Source: Chiloscyllium plagiosum (taxonomy: Eukaryota). Taken from it: a stretch of 64,000 nucleotides of DNA. Shown here in pieces: positions 13,472 to 25,420 of this stretch. Position 1 is the stretch's first letter, and every line of letters starts with the position of its first letter. The notes beneath the pieces are model-generated. The model saw only the letters and a program-made list of their open reading frames with translations, made no database searches and was not told the origin of the DNA. The position numbers and the translations under genes were made by a program. The stretch lies in NCBI RefSeq assembly GCF_004010195.1, contig NC_057755.1, positions 7,868,676 through 7,932,675 of the forward strand, given 5' to 3'.

Positions 13472-14135
13472 CATAATGATGCCGCTCCTTTAACAAAGTT
13501 AGTTGGCTTTTTTTTTCACGAGATCGCAAAAGCAGCCATTCTGAAATGTCCAGGTTAGAAAGGTTTTAAGGTTAATTTGATTATTACTAACAAATACTGC
13601 CTAACACAAAAGGGTTTAAAGTTTTAAAGAATTGTACAATGAAAGGAGAGTGGCCAGTTCTCCCAGCTCAGCTGAACTCTGGTTTGGTTGGTTTCAGCAG
13701 TCTGGCTGTTCACTGAAAACAGTCAGTCACTTTGAGGCTGCTGGTCCAAGAAATAGCTACATGGAAGAAGATGTTCCACGCTGAATCCTGCTGCCATCTC
13801 TCTCTCCCTCTGTCGCCTGTTCGACTCTGTGTTTGATTTTACCTTTTGTGCCAAATGGTCTTTATCAGGATTGTTGAAGGAATTTGGAACAAGCATCATT
13901 ACGTTGGGATAGTCTATTGTGTTTTAGTATAGGTTAAGGCATTCTGTATCCTGTTCTTTTTTGTTTGGCTGTCATTCAATAATACTGTAATATTTTTTGT
14001 ATTAAATTATGTGGCTGAGCCAACCGCATCACACTTGGAATATTCATCCTCCACCTGCTCTGAACAACTTGCAAAGTTAGGGTCTGGATTACTTTCTTAA
14101 AATGTTTTAAGGGAAGTTTGGCGTGGTCCATAAAA
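13472..14135 (+). repeat. 3' LTR of Gmr1-like element 1
   Basis: cataatgatgccgctcctttaa ... ggtccataaaa, preceded by a purine tract. Confidence 0.8.
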
Positions 14136-14139
14136 ATGC

Positions 14140-15900
14140 CAGTTGGAAACCCCATATATACAGAAAATCCCAGTCTGAATTCCTCAAATCCATCAGAGTT
14201 TTCAAAAGGTAAGAACAGACCAAGCTAGAGGGCTCAATAAATGATATAACCCCCGCCACCTGTGGCAAGTCTAAAAAAAAACAAAACAGCATACAAAGTG
14301 AAGCAGAGCATGATAGCAGACAAAGACACATCTCACCTTGATGTGGTCAATACTTTCTCCGCTCGGTTCGAGCAAAACGCCAATGGCGTGTTGTCACCTG
14401 TTGTGTCAGGCCCCAATACACATGTTTCCTTGGTGACTGTTGCAGACGTCTTCCTGAGAGTGAACCTAAGGAAAGAGACGTGCCTGGGTAGTGGCCTCGG
14501 CCGTGCTTTCGAACCTATGTGGAGGCATTTCACTGACATCTTCCACCTCTCCCTCTGACAAGCTGGAATCGGTACCTGCTTCAAAAGGACCACCATCATT
14601 TCAGTACCAAAGAAAGTGCATGCAACGTACCTTAATGGCTACCACCCCGTGCTTCTGACTTCCATATCGTCATGAAGTGCTTCGAGAGGCTAATTATAGT
14701 CCACATCAGCTCGAGCCTCCCAGCCTGCCTCATTCCCCTGCAATTTGCAGGTCAACTGTTGACGCCATTTCCATTGCTTTGCACCCATCCTTGCAACATT
14801 TGAACAACATGGACATCTATGTCAGACTCCAACTCATCGCCTACAGCTCAGGCTTCAACACCATAATCCCCTTCAGAATGATCACAAAGCTCCAACAACA
14901 ACAATGTGTCGGCTCTGCCTCTGCAATTGGATCATCGGTTTCCTGACCCACAGACTACACTCAGTGAAAACCGATGACTGTACTTTCCTCAGGATAACAC
15001 TCAACACTGGAGCCTCCCAAGGATGCAGTCTCCACACGCAGCTGTACTTCCTCCACACCCATGACTGCACTGTAAAATTTAGAGCAAACACTATCTTCAA
15101 GTTTGCTGATGACACCACCGTGGGAGAATGGTTATCAAATTAAGATGATTCAGAATACTGAAAGGAGATAGAGTGCTTGGTGACGTGGTGCAATATTAAC
15201 AATCTCTATCTGGGTGTTAGCAAAACAAAAGAACTGGTTAGTGACTTAAGAAAGAAAGGAGTAGAAAATGTCCACATCTCAATTAATTGATCACAAGTTG
15301 AGAAGATTGAGAGCGTCAAGTTCCAAGGAATGTCGAGAATACATCTTCTTCCACAAGTGGCTGAGGAAATTCATTACGATGATGAGAAGCCTCATCAACC
15401 TGTACAGATGCACTGTAGAAAGCATACTGTCCATGTGCATGGTACAGCAATCTCACTGCCATAGACCACAACAAACCAGAGAAGATCGTGTGCACAGCTT
15501 CGACCATCACAGAAGCCAACCTTTCATCCCTGAACTCCTTTTACGCTTTTTGTTGCTGCGGAAAGAATGCCAACATCAGCAAAGACCCGTCCCACCTCGG
15601 TAATGCTCTCCTACGCCCTCTTCCATCAGGTGGAAAATACAGAAACTTGAATACATGCACCAACAGGTTCAACAGTTGCTTATCCCTGCCTTTACTTGAA
15701 TGGTGAACAGACTCTTTACCGTCCAATCATGTTGATCTTGTTAATGCTGAACTTGCTTCACGAAGTTCTTTTGCATTGTAATTTGTATGGCATCTGTGCC
15801 AACGCACCCGATATATGACTTTGTTGACAATGACCTGCCTTTACTGCTTGCAATCAAAGGTTTTCACTGTACTTGTATACACGTGGCCACAACAAATCAA
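14140..15900 (+). mobile_element. Rex1/Babar-like LINE, 3' part (reverse transcriptase and tail)
   Basis: RSTVDAISIALH.SLQHL...YVRLQLIAYSSGFNTIIP; LNTGASQGCSL..QLYFLHTHDC; IFKFADDTTVG; KDPSHLGNALLRPLPSGGKYR. Tail ..ttttcactgtacttgtatacacgtg. Confidence 0.85.
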
Positions 15901-15904
15901 TTCA

Positions 15905-16290
15905 AAACAGTTTGAATACACAACAATATTTATGGATTAACGCGAACAACTCAAATTAATCCTAATATTTATCTGTCACCATAAACAACTCCAATGCACA
16001 ACAACATTGAAAGTTAAAACGAAACAGTAACAATATACAACAATATTTAGGTAGAAACACAAAGACATTCAAGATACAACAACATTGATGCAGATGCACA
16101 AACAGATCCAAGGCAGAAGAATATTAAAGTAAAACAAGACCAGTCCAAGGCAGAAGAATATTAATGTAAAACAAGACCAGGTCCAATGCACAACAATATT
16201 TCCAGAGAAATGCAAACACCTCAAATTCATTGCAATTCTATTCTTAAATACAAAGAGTTCCAATACACAACAATACTTATATACAGATAA
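15905..16290. repeat. Degenerate AT-rich ~37-bp tandem repeat (right half)
   Basis: Repeated acacaacaatatt / aacaactccaa motifs, and a near-exact pair ccaaggcagaagaatattaa.gtaaaacaagaccag at 16108 and 16145. Confidence 0.6.
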
Positions 16291-16544
16291 AAAGTGCACC
16301 AATTTCCCTGAAAAAAAGTATACTGTTTAGGATACTGTTGGGTCGGGGAGGCTTTAAGGGGCATGCATTGGGGTGCTGGCCTCTGCCACAGACTCTATCC
16401 CTGTTGTACAGAAGGAAAGAGGGAAAAAGGAGGAGAGTGTTGTCGCTGGGGACACAATATTTAGATGGACAGATAGGAGGAATGAAAGAGACCTGCAGTT
16501 GATGTGTTGTCTTCCAGGTGCCAGGGCCCATGATGTCTTAGATT

Positions 16545-16832
16545 AGATTAGATTACTTACAGTGTGGAAACAAGTCCACACCGCCCCACTGAAGCGCAAC
16601 CCACCCATACATTTATCGCTTACCTAACACTATGGACAATTTCCCATGGCCAATTCACCTGACCTGCACATCTTTGGACTGTGGGTGGAAACAGGAGCAC
16701 CCGGAGGAAACCCACACAGACATGGGGAGAATGTGCAAACTCCACACAGTCAGTCGCCTGAGGCGGGAATTGAACCCGGGTCTCTGGTGCTGTGAGGTAG
16801 CAGTGCTAACCACTGTGCCACCGTGCCGCCCA
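16545..16832 (-). mobile_element. HE1/V-SINE-type SINE
   Basis: Reverse complement head gggcggcacggtggcacagtggttagcactgctacctcacagcaccagagacccgggttcaattcccgcc with A and B boxes; (TTAGA)n tail on plus. Confidence 0.88.
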
Positions 16833-16869
16833 CATATTATTTGCATAAACCGAAATCAATAGACATTTT

Positions 16870-17100
16870 AACCACCACGGAGGGTGATACTGTATGGAAA
16901 GAGCTGCCACAGGAAATGGTGGAGGCTGGTGCAACTTCAACATTTAAAAGACATTTGGATGGGGATATGAATAGGAAGGGTTTGGAGGGATATGGGCCAG
17001 GCCCTGGCAGGTGGGACTACATTGCGTTGGGATATCTGGTCGGCATGGAAGAGTTGGACCAAAGGGTCTGTTTCCATTCTGTACATCTATAAATATGACT
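16870..17100 (+). mobile_element. CR1 3' end fragment
   Basis: WKELPQEMVEAGATSTFKRHLDGDMNRKG plus tail ggaccaaagggtctgtttcc. Confidence 0.8.
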
Positions 17101-18499
17101 CTACATATTTTTGGCACGACCCAAGGAACGTGCGAGTAGGCCATCTAGTGGCCATTTGCTAGTATTGTATCAGCTGAAATACTGTATAAATCCTTGTAGC
17201 AGATTGTATTTCGGAGCACTTTATTGACTGCTTCCCATGATATATATATCGTGAATAAAGTTGGTCAATACTGAAGGTCTGTTTCCAAGGTTTTCTCCAA
17301 CACTCAAATAAAAGCTTTTCTTTCTCCTTCTTAATTGTTTGATGTACTTGTCCAAAAACTATTATTTGATTGTATAGGCCACCCAGACTGTCCTGTATCT
17401 CAACATTCTCCAGTCATCTTCAGTTAATGAATATTTTGCTTGTCCATGCTGAATACGAGATGGACAATGCACAATATTATACTCAATCTCCTATTTTTTG
17501 TTTACTCATCTCAACTAAATGTTCCTGATGGAGACTTATTGTTCAACTCATCAACTTCCTTCTTGACTCTGTATTAGTGTGAGTACACTTTGTGATTATG
17601 AATGTACAAGCACTGATCTCTCGTTAGAGTTTAACGAAGTGCAAATGACCCATGTTTCCTCAATCTGTTTCTCATCATGACTCAATTCTCGCACTAAAGT
17701 AGCATCACCATGTGCTTCGAGAACAGGCTGTAACATTATAAATGTCCTTTAGAAATTTGAATGCGCTACATCTGCAGGCCACTCTTTATCCATCCGGCTT
17801 CATTTATCCTCATAGATTAGGGACTATTTAGCCACGTTTTGCTTTTCAGAAAACACTGCTGGCTTTGCTTCATTTCAAAATATCTTGCAACAAATTCCTT
17901 TAAAAAGGCAGTGTAGCAATGTTTTCGCTAACAGTAACTGCTAGACTGACACAGACGTTATTTCCTGGTTCTGATTCCCATCCTTCGTTTGAGGAGGAGT
18001 GTACTTTGTGGTAATCTCTGTCAGTGAGAGGGATTGAACCTTAGTCAGTGACAGGGATTGAATCCATTCTGTTGGCATCAGTGTGCATCATAAACCAGCT
18101 GACAGCGAACCAATCTTCTCTCAGAAGGTTCAGGTCAGAATAGAATCAGAAGCTAGCAGTGCCATCCATCTGGCAAATGAAGATGAGGCTGTACAATTCA
18201 AAGGGCTGAACGACTGTTCAGGATTAAAACAGCGATGCTGCTGAATGAAAATAGGTCGTTGTGATGTTAGCCCCTGTCAGGTAAAACAGTGACAATGATT
18301 TGACTGTACAGAGGGTAAACACCATGACAACTATTTCCCTCTGAGAAATGAGCCGGTGTACAGCATGAAAAAATGTATTTTAAGAACATTTAATATTCAC
18401 AAGTGCAATCCTCAGCCACATCAGAATAGGCTGTTCTGAGTGAGATCACGGGCTAATATTTACTTAGTTTATGAAGAAAGGTTTGGTTTAACTTTTTTC

Positions 18500-19377
18500 T
18501 TAACCAACGTCAATATCAAAAGGAAAGGATGCTTCATCATCTTCGTCATCTCTTCCCTGAATTTGGTTTTGTAGCTGTAAAAATACGTGGGTTTGTACAG
18601 GAACTCATGAGAATATACCCAGATTCAGTGGCAAAATATGTTGGAGCTGTGTTATCACCTCGGTAATACGCTGTTGTTGTGAGCTCGTTGGTTAAAAAGT
18701 TAACAACTGCTGTTAGCCACAATAGGACAAAACTGCCTGATACACTGAACAGTAACACGATGGATTTCCTTCTGCTTTTCATCTCAGGATCAGTGCTATT
18801 CTCATTGCTGAGACCCCACAGTGCGCTGCATACTTTGCTTGTCACTAAAATACACTGGAATGTCAAAGAGTTAAGCAGTAATATCAAACAAAAAGGCAGC
18901 CATGCAACTAAAATTTATTTCTGCCGAGAGTAGGCCTCACCTGAAGGCGATATATAAAAGGCCATATTGGAGCGACAGCCCCAGTCAACGCTTGATATTA
19001 TTCAGCTGGAGTTATAGGCAAACCAGAAAAAGAAATCAGGGCAGACAGCGTGGTTGAAATCACAGTGACAGTTCTCACTGTGCAGTAGTTTAATTTGAAC
19101 TTCTGACAACAGATGGTTACAAACGGGTAAATTGCAAAGAAGATAGTGAACCACACAGACATATCCAGTGTGGCAGGATTAACACAGAGAATGAACTAAC
19201 AAACAGCATTGTAGGATAGAAATGAATGTGTAAAGTGATAATTCAAAATATGATGCACAATTACAATAAAAAATGTCACCAGGAAATCTGCAGTTGCCAT
19301 GGCAATTATGTAAGGCAAGATACATTTAGAAAGTCCATAATTTCCACTGGAGAGAATGATGATGACCAGTAGGTTTG
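18500..19377 (-). pseudogene. GPR139/GPR142-like class A GPCR pseudogene, exon 2
   Basis: Acceptor ttcattcttacag|CA at 19377, then ANLLVIIILSSGNYGLSKCILPYIIAMATADFLV. An in-frame TAG lies at the start of TM3 (AVC*FI) and the FDRFVAIC motif is degraded to IYPFVTIC. 18546-18887(-) reads DPEMKSRRKSIVLLFSVSGSFVLLW...SSCTNPRIF. The 3' end is approximate. Confidence 0.85.
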
Positions 19378-19856
19378 CTGTAAGAATGAAAGAGAAGAGA
19401 TTAGTAGTCGGATTCCATAAAGAAATATCACGGAAATGTTTGGGAAATAGTTGGAGGTGAGTTTACAGCGAGTTTCCCAAAGATTTGTGTATAATGTAAA
19501 CGAATGGACTGCATTTTGAGGTCAAAACAACATTGAAAATTTAAAGTCTGTGCTCTTCCAATAAACTTTATATTTCACTAATAGCAAAATCTAAATTAAT
19601 TCTAGATAATTGCTAAATATTTCTTGATTCCAATCAAACATTCTGTTTGGACGCAAACATTGCATTAACATCCAAGAGTTGATTTCTTTGCTGATACCTA
19701 TCCTGGAGGCGCTGTTCAGTAAATGTGCATCATTGAGTCTGTATTCCCCAGTTCCTTCTGATGGATAAGTGACTCTGCAATGAGGATTATTCCTGAAATC
19801 TGTTACATGAACACCAAAACATTCACTGTCCAAGAAGAAAAATAACATTGTCTTAC

Positions 19857-19928
19857 CAAGAACACCAAAGGCTGCAATAAGAGGATAGTAAATGTTCTTT
19901 ATTTGGAGAATTGTAACCAAACTTTCAT
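19857..19928 (-). pseudogene. GPR139-like pseudogene, exon 1
   Basis: ATG at 19928 is one base out of frame with ...VTILQIKNIYYPLIAAFGVL G|gtaaga (phase-1 donor at 19856). Same exon structure as the intact gene. Confidence 0.8.
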
Positions 19929-20000
19929 GAAGAATAAAAAAATTCCCTTACATTATCTGGCTTCGTGTGAAATCTATCAGAGGTCCTTAATTTCACCTTC

Positions 20001-20007
20001 TTTATAA
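20001..20007 (-). promoter_or_regulatory. Candidate TATA box of GPCR pseudogene
   Basis: TTATAAA on minus ~75 bp upstream of the ATG. Confidence 0.45.
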
Positions 20008-20526
20008 ATCAAGCCATCTCTCCCTCAGATTAAACGAGGCCATATAATAACTGTGTCAAAACAATTAGTGGCAGTCCTTTAGCAGTCCTCAGCGTGGCTG
20101 GTTCATCAGGGGGTTAATTACAAAGCTCAGGCCATGAATTTCCAAACATTAGAATTTCTTTGAGTGTGTGAGAGGAAGGGAAGATGAACCCAATGTGTAG
20201 GGAATATTTTGTGAAGGCTAGATAGATCATTCCATTAGTCATTGCTGTTGTGGAATGATGCTAATTTAAGAAAATCTTCAAAAAAGTGTCATTTAATAAT
20301 ATTGTTTAGTCTAAGAATGACAGTGCAATATAATGATACTGACTGCTGTTAATTTCCTCACAGTACAATGCATTGTGTAACGTCATTAGCAGTGATGGCA
20401 ACTGTTATGTAAGATTACTCTTGATTGGCACCTACTCATATTCCTGGCGATGCACAAAATCTAGCATTAACGTTAACTCTAACAGCGCACAGGTGTAAAA
20501 GATAAACTGTCAAGACAGCATGGTGG

Positions 20527-20616
20527 TGCACACACATGCAGACACTTGTACACACACACATGTAAGCACACGCACACACACACGCACACACACATGCACA
20601 CATACACACATATACA
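20527..20616. repeat. (CA)n-rich microsatellite
   Basis: Imperfect CA runs. Confidence 0.85.
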
Positions 20617-22919
20617 GTATCAAAGGAACGTTGAATGCAAAGGATTATTTAGATTTCTGCAATCCCTGTGTGTCAGATTAACACAGGAAATTCATCCAGC
20701 TAGGTCAGGCTTAAGATTCCCCTCCCAGATAATGGAAACTGTTCATGTGGACATTTGGAAACGGGAATCTAACCGAGCAGAACGGAGAGAATCAAACAAG
20801 GAAATTTGCAGTGAATGTATAGAATGCTTCAATCCAGTTGAGAATGTTGCGAATGTGATATCATAGAATCATCGATTAATACCGTACAGGAAAGGACATT
20901 CGATCCAAAAAGTCTCTGCCACCAATAGCACACTCATCCCGAAACTAATCCCACGTTCCACACTAGGCCGAGAACCTTGGCTGCACCATGTGACCAACCA
21001 GGTGCTTTTTAAAGTTTGGGAAGTTTCCCATCTCAATTACCCACTCACACAGTGAATTCCAGGTTCCCACCGCTCTCTGATGGGAACACAATCCTCAAAT
21101 TCACTTTGAAAACTTCTGCCTTTCACTTTAAAAGTGTGCCCCTTGTTATTGACTCTTCAGTCAAGATATTTGACCATATGGTTGATCAGATTAAACTGTG
21201 TGCATGTGTGACAGTGTCTCTGCACAAGGGTGTTTGATAGTGTGTAAGAGCATGTGATTACATCTGTATGAATGTTTGAGTGAGCAAGGACAAGAATGTG
21301 CATTGTGTGTTTGTGTGTGTGTGTGCGCACACGCGCATGTGCTGACAGTGCAATGTGTCATTTAATGAGAGTGACTGAATAAGAGTGAGGGGCTGTGAGT
21401 GTGAGTGTTTTCGCTGCAAAGTATGAGAGTCTGAGAGCAGGAAATTGAGTTTGAGAGAGTATGAGGGTGTGTCAGAGTCAGTGACTGTGTGTGACACAGT
21501 GAGAGCAGTGGGTGTTTGGCATTGAGTGTGAGAGACTGTGACAGTATGTATGATTGTACAGTGGTCTGTATGTTTAGTGTATTATTACTGGGGCAGAGAC
21601 AGGATGGGGTTTATGGGCAGTTACACCATGGGATAATCGACACTCAGACTGTGCACTCGGATGGACACATGCAGGCAGACAGGCACAGTATCACATCAAC
21701 ATACTTAGGAACACCATTAGAAATACTCTCTCTCTCTCTCTCTCTCTAAACACACACACAAATGCAAAATAACAGAGTTCAAAATTACTGCTATTAATCA
21801 TAATAATAAAGATTCAGATATCGAATTATTACAAAGAAACACATAAAACTGGAATTGAGTCGGTCACTTGCGCACTGGAACTGACTCCGCCATTTCAGAA
21901 TTCACCATACCCATCGTCCCAGAGTAACCTTAGATTCTTATTATGCAAGGGAATACATCTAGCTGTAACTTAAATATATTCGTTGTCCCAGAAAGTGATG
22001 GGATGGGGACAATCAGTTCCAAAGTTACACAGCCCTAAAAACTAAATTCTCATCTGTGTCCAAAAAGGGTGACTCCCCCACTAATGTTCAAACCGTGCCC
22101 ACAGTCTGAACTCACCCACAAGGAGAAACATCCATTGCCCATCCACCATTTCCAGATCATGAGAGACATTATAGACATTGATCAGATTATACTTAACTCG
22201 TCTGAACTCCAGCAGGAACAATCCCTTTGTGTCCACCCATCCCCAAAGCACAAGCCACTCAATCAAATGATTATTGGAGTAAAATATGAGAGGCATGGAG
22301 AAAGTTGACAGCCAACCGCTTGTCCCCAGGGTAGGAAAGTCTAAGCCTAGAGGGCATGGAAATGTTGGGCTGAAGGGACTATTTCCATGCTATCAACCTC
22401 CATGGCTCTTTGACTCTGTGAGAGCCTATGGTACAAGACAATTGGATTGCGAATCAGTGATCCCGGTGTCACCCAATTCCCTGTCACATCAAGCCTATGC
22501 TCAACCGCCCATGAGACAGGGCTGAAAGTTATCAGTTGTTACAACACAGGGTAAACCCCTCTGCAAATGTAAACCCAATACACAGAAGCTGACTTTGTGC
22601 CGTCAACTGTTACCTTTCAAGAGGCAAAGATTTAACCCAGATGTGACTATTTGAAGTAAAAACTAACAATTTTATTCTTTAAGTCCCACAGAGAACCTTA
22701 AAACAATAGCTATTGACAACTCATTTCTCTTAAATCTATCTTTCATCTCTCACTCTACAATACTGGTCCAATTTTATTTTAAACTGAATTAAGATTTACA
22801 AAATAAATCATGTTTCAAAACCAGCCAGCATTGTAGATTTTCCTCTGTGTTTTCCTGGGTCATCTTTTCTTCTGTCTTCTCTTGCACAACGTTTCTTATT
22901 GACAGGTACCATTCAGAGA

Positions 22920-24072
22920 ACCACTATTACGCGTGGGAACACCTCCCACCTTGTACATGGCAGGTACTCATGTGACTCAGCCAACGTTGTCTATCTAATA
23001 CGTTGCAGGCAATGATGCCCGGAGGCATGTTACATTGGGGAAACTGAGCAAACGCTAGGTCAACGGATGAATGGGCACCACACAACAATCAACAGACAGG
23101 AGGGTTCCCTCCCAATTGGGGAACTCTTCAGTGGTCCAGGACATTCAGCGTCGGACCTTTGGGTGACCATCCTCCAAGGTGCACTTCTGGACAGGCAGCA
23201 GAGAAAAGTGGCCGAGCAGAGGGTGAAGGCTAAGTTCGGTACCCATAGGGAGGGCCTCAACCGGGACCTTGGGTTCATGTCACATTACAGGTGATCACCA
23301 TTGCACTACAGATATTCCCACACACACACTCTCACATACACACGAACACAGGTACACACAGACGCACAAACATACACTCAAACACACCCATATAGACACA
23401 CACACTCTCACTCTCACACATGCACCCCCTCACAGACTTAAGACACTCTGCACTCACTACAGACACACACACACACACACATTTTCTCACACTCACAGCC
23501 CTCACCCAGACAGACAAACACACACAGACAAAGACCCATATGCACACATATATTTTGTGGGGTGAATTTGTACTTGCAGAGTTACATTGTACTTTACTTG
23601 CATTCATGTAGAACTCTGAGCTCAAAAACTGCATGAATTTATCCAAAACTCTCTTATCTCACTTTTTAGATTAGAATCAATCTAAACCTCATGGCATAGA
23701 CAGAGAACACAGGTGGCCAACACCTTCAACATATTGTCTAGATATCACCACTGTTAACAGCTAACCCAAGAATGCTACTTGAAAAAAAAGGTTTTGTGAT
23801 TTATACATGAAAGAAGTGAAACTATCAGTGTATTCTAATAGATGAGAGGCTTAACACACAATAAATTTCTCAATGTATAATTTCTGTTACATCATACTGT
23901 AAATTTTTGCTATAAACTCTGTGTTACGATCGAGTCCTCCACTATCACCTGATGAAGGAGTGTCGCTCCGAAAGCTTGTGTGCTTCCAATTAAACCTGTT
24001 GGACTATAACCTGGTGTTGTGTAATGTTTAACTTTGTACACCTCAGTCCAACAACGGCATCTTCAAATCATG
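22920..24072 (+). mobile_element. Penelope-like element 3' part (GIY-YIG endonuclease, CA-rich spacer, terminal repeat with hammerhead core)
   Basis: YSCDSANVVYLIRCRQ*CPEACYIGETEQTLGQRMNGH...GLNRDLG; terminal cacctgatgaaggagtgtcgctccgaaagcttgtg. Confidence 0.88.
23945..23980 (+). ncRNA. Minimal hammerhead ribozyme motif (Penelope terminal repeat)
   Basis: cac-CTGATGA-a-GGAG-tgtcg-CTCC-GAAA-gctt-gtg: stem I cac/gtg, stem II GGAG/CTCC, palindromic stem III. Confidence 0.7.
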
Positions 24073-25346
24073 AGTAAAATTAAATTTCGATTAGATTTTG
24101 ATATCTGAGTCATAATTTAAACGGATTGGCCAAATTGGAATTTGTTTTTTTACCCTTGCAACGCAACTCCCGTTATTTGTTTCAAGCAAAAGTTCCCTTT
24201 TTAAATTGTTCAGCACACTCTGTGCTTTCAGTCAGTCCTTGCCAGTTTCCTCTCTTTCTTCAAGGTACAGTACACATCTAAACCTTCATACCACCGTCCC
24301 TAAAGAAAAAAAAAAGAGTCTTCATAATGAAAACATGGCATCTTCTTTTTCTCTATCCCTTCGCCACATCACTACAACATACATATGACTTTAATCTAAG
24401 TTCATTTTAACTGCCTCCCGCATATATGTAAAACATTGAATAGATACCAAGCACATCTATACTTTATCAGCTAAATTCACTGTAATTTATTGATGACATT
24501 CTTACAACCAGTAATATGCACGATTTGTAAATTGAAAGTCAGTAACATAAGACTCCAGTGGAATAGTCCTATGCTGTTGTCTTTAAAGCATTCGAAGAAT
24601 TTAAGGGGACGAGGATCCTTGCACACAACCATCTCTGACACGTCATTTGTGACATGCATATTAAAATGCTGTAAGGCCAGTATCAAATTCCACAGTTCAT
24701 TTTCGATCGCGGAGTATTTCCTCTGGTGGATGTTGAGTTTCTTCAAAAAATAACCAATTGGCAGTTCAATCCCATCCTCATTTTCATGTAGGAGTAAAGC
24801 TACAAATCCTGTTAGCATCATCAATGAAAACTTCGAAGGATTTCGAAACATTTGGCGTCGCTAAAACTGGTTTCGTGGTTAATATTGCTTTCAAATGATT
24901 GAATGCGTCCTGGAATTGTTCTGTCCAGTGAAACTCTGTGTTCTTCTTCAGCAAATCTATTAGCGGTGCCACTACATTGCTGAAGTATGGAACAAACTTC
25001 CAATAGAATCCGCTGAGTCCCAGAAAACCACGCACCTCTTTCTTCGAGGTTGGTCATGGAAATTCCTCGATGGCCTTCGTTTTTGTTTTCTGTGTGGTCA
25101 ACCTTCTCTGACCGATGATGCGTCCCAAAAATGTCAACAGTGCGTTCACGAATTCAGTTTTGTTTAAGTATATTCCAAGTTTTGCTTTTCACCGTCATTC
25201 TTAGGGCTCGGCCAATGGTATCATGTGATATTTCCAGGACTTACTAAAGATCGCTACATCTTCCAAATAGAAGCTTGTTAACCCAGCTTCTGGATCAGTG
25301 GTGCTGGAAGAGCACAGCAATTCAGGCAGCATCCGAGGACAGGCAA

Positions 25347-25382
25347 AATCGACGTTTCGGGCAAAGGCCCTTCATCAGGAAT
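25347..25382 (-). ncRNA. Minimal hammerhead ribozyme motif (Penelope-type terminal repeat fragment)
   Basis: Minus strand tc-CTGATGA-a-GGGC-cttt-GCCC-GAAA-cGTC-ga: perfect stem II and GUC triplet. Confidence 0.75.
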
Positions 25383-25393
25383 AAAGGCAGAGA

Positions 25394-25420
25394 TAGGGTT
25401 AGGGTTAGGGTTAGGGTTAG
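25394..25420 (+). repeat. Short interstitial telomeric repeat (TTAGGG)~4.5
   Basis: tagggttagggttagggttagggttag. Confidence 0.9.

Larger units (their letters stand above)
8056..14135 (+). mobile_element. Decayed Gmr1-like Ty3/Gypsy LTR retrotransposon (gag-PR-INT-RT-RH order)
   Basis: Two similar LTRs (8056-8736, 13472-14135), PPT aaggggcgagg at 13461 and a degenerate PBS after 8736. Zn knuckle CFHCNKVG ~9575; protease ILVDT ~9846; integrase FYWPGL..D..EFCQTCHMYQ ~10570 and GPY ~11685; then RT (SDWSLPIAMVPK, SKLDL..YWLVP) 12100-12600 and RNase H 12700-13290. Confidence 0.88.
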
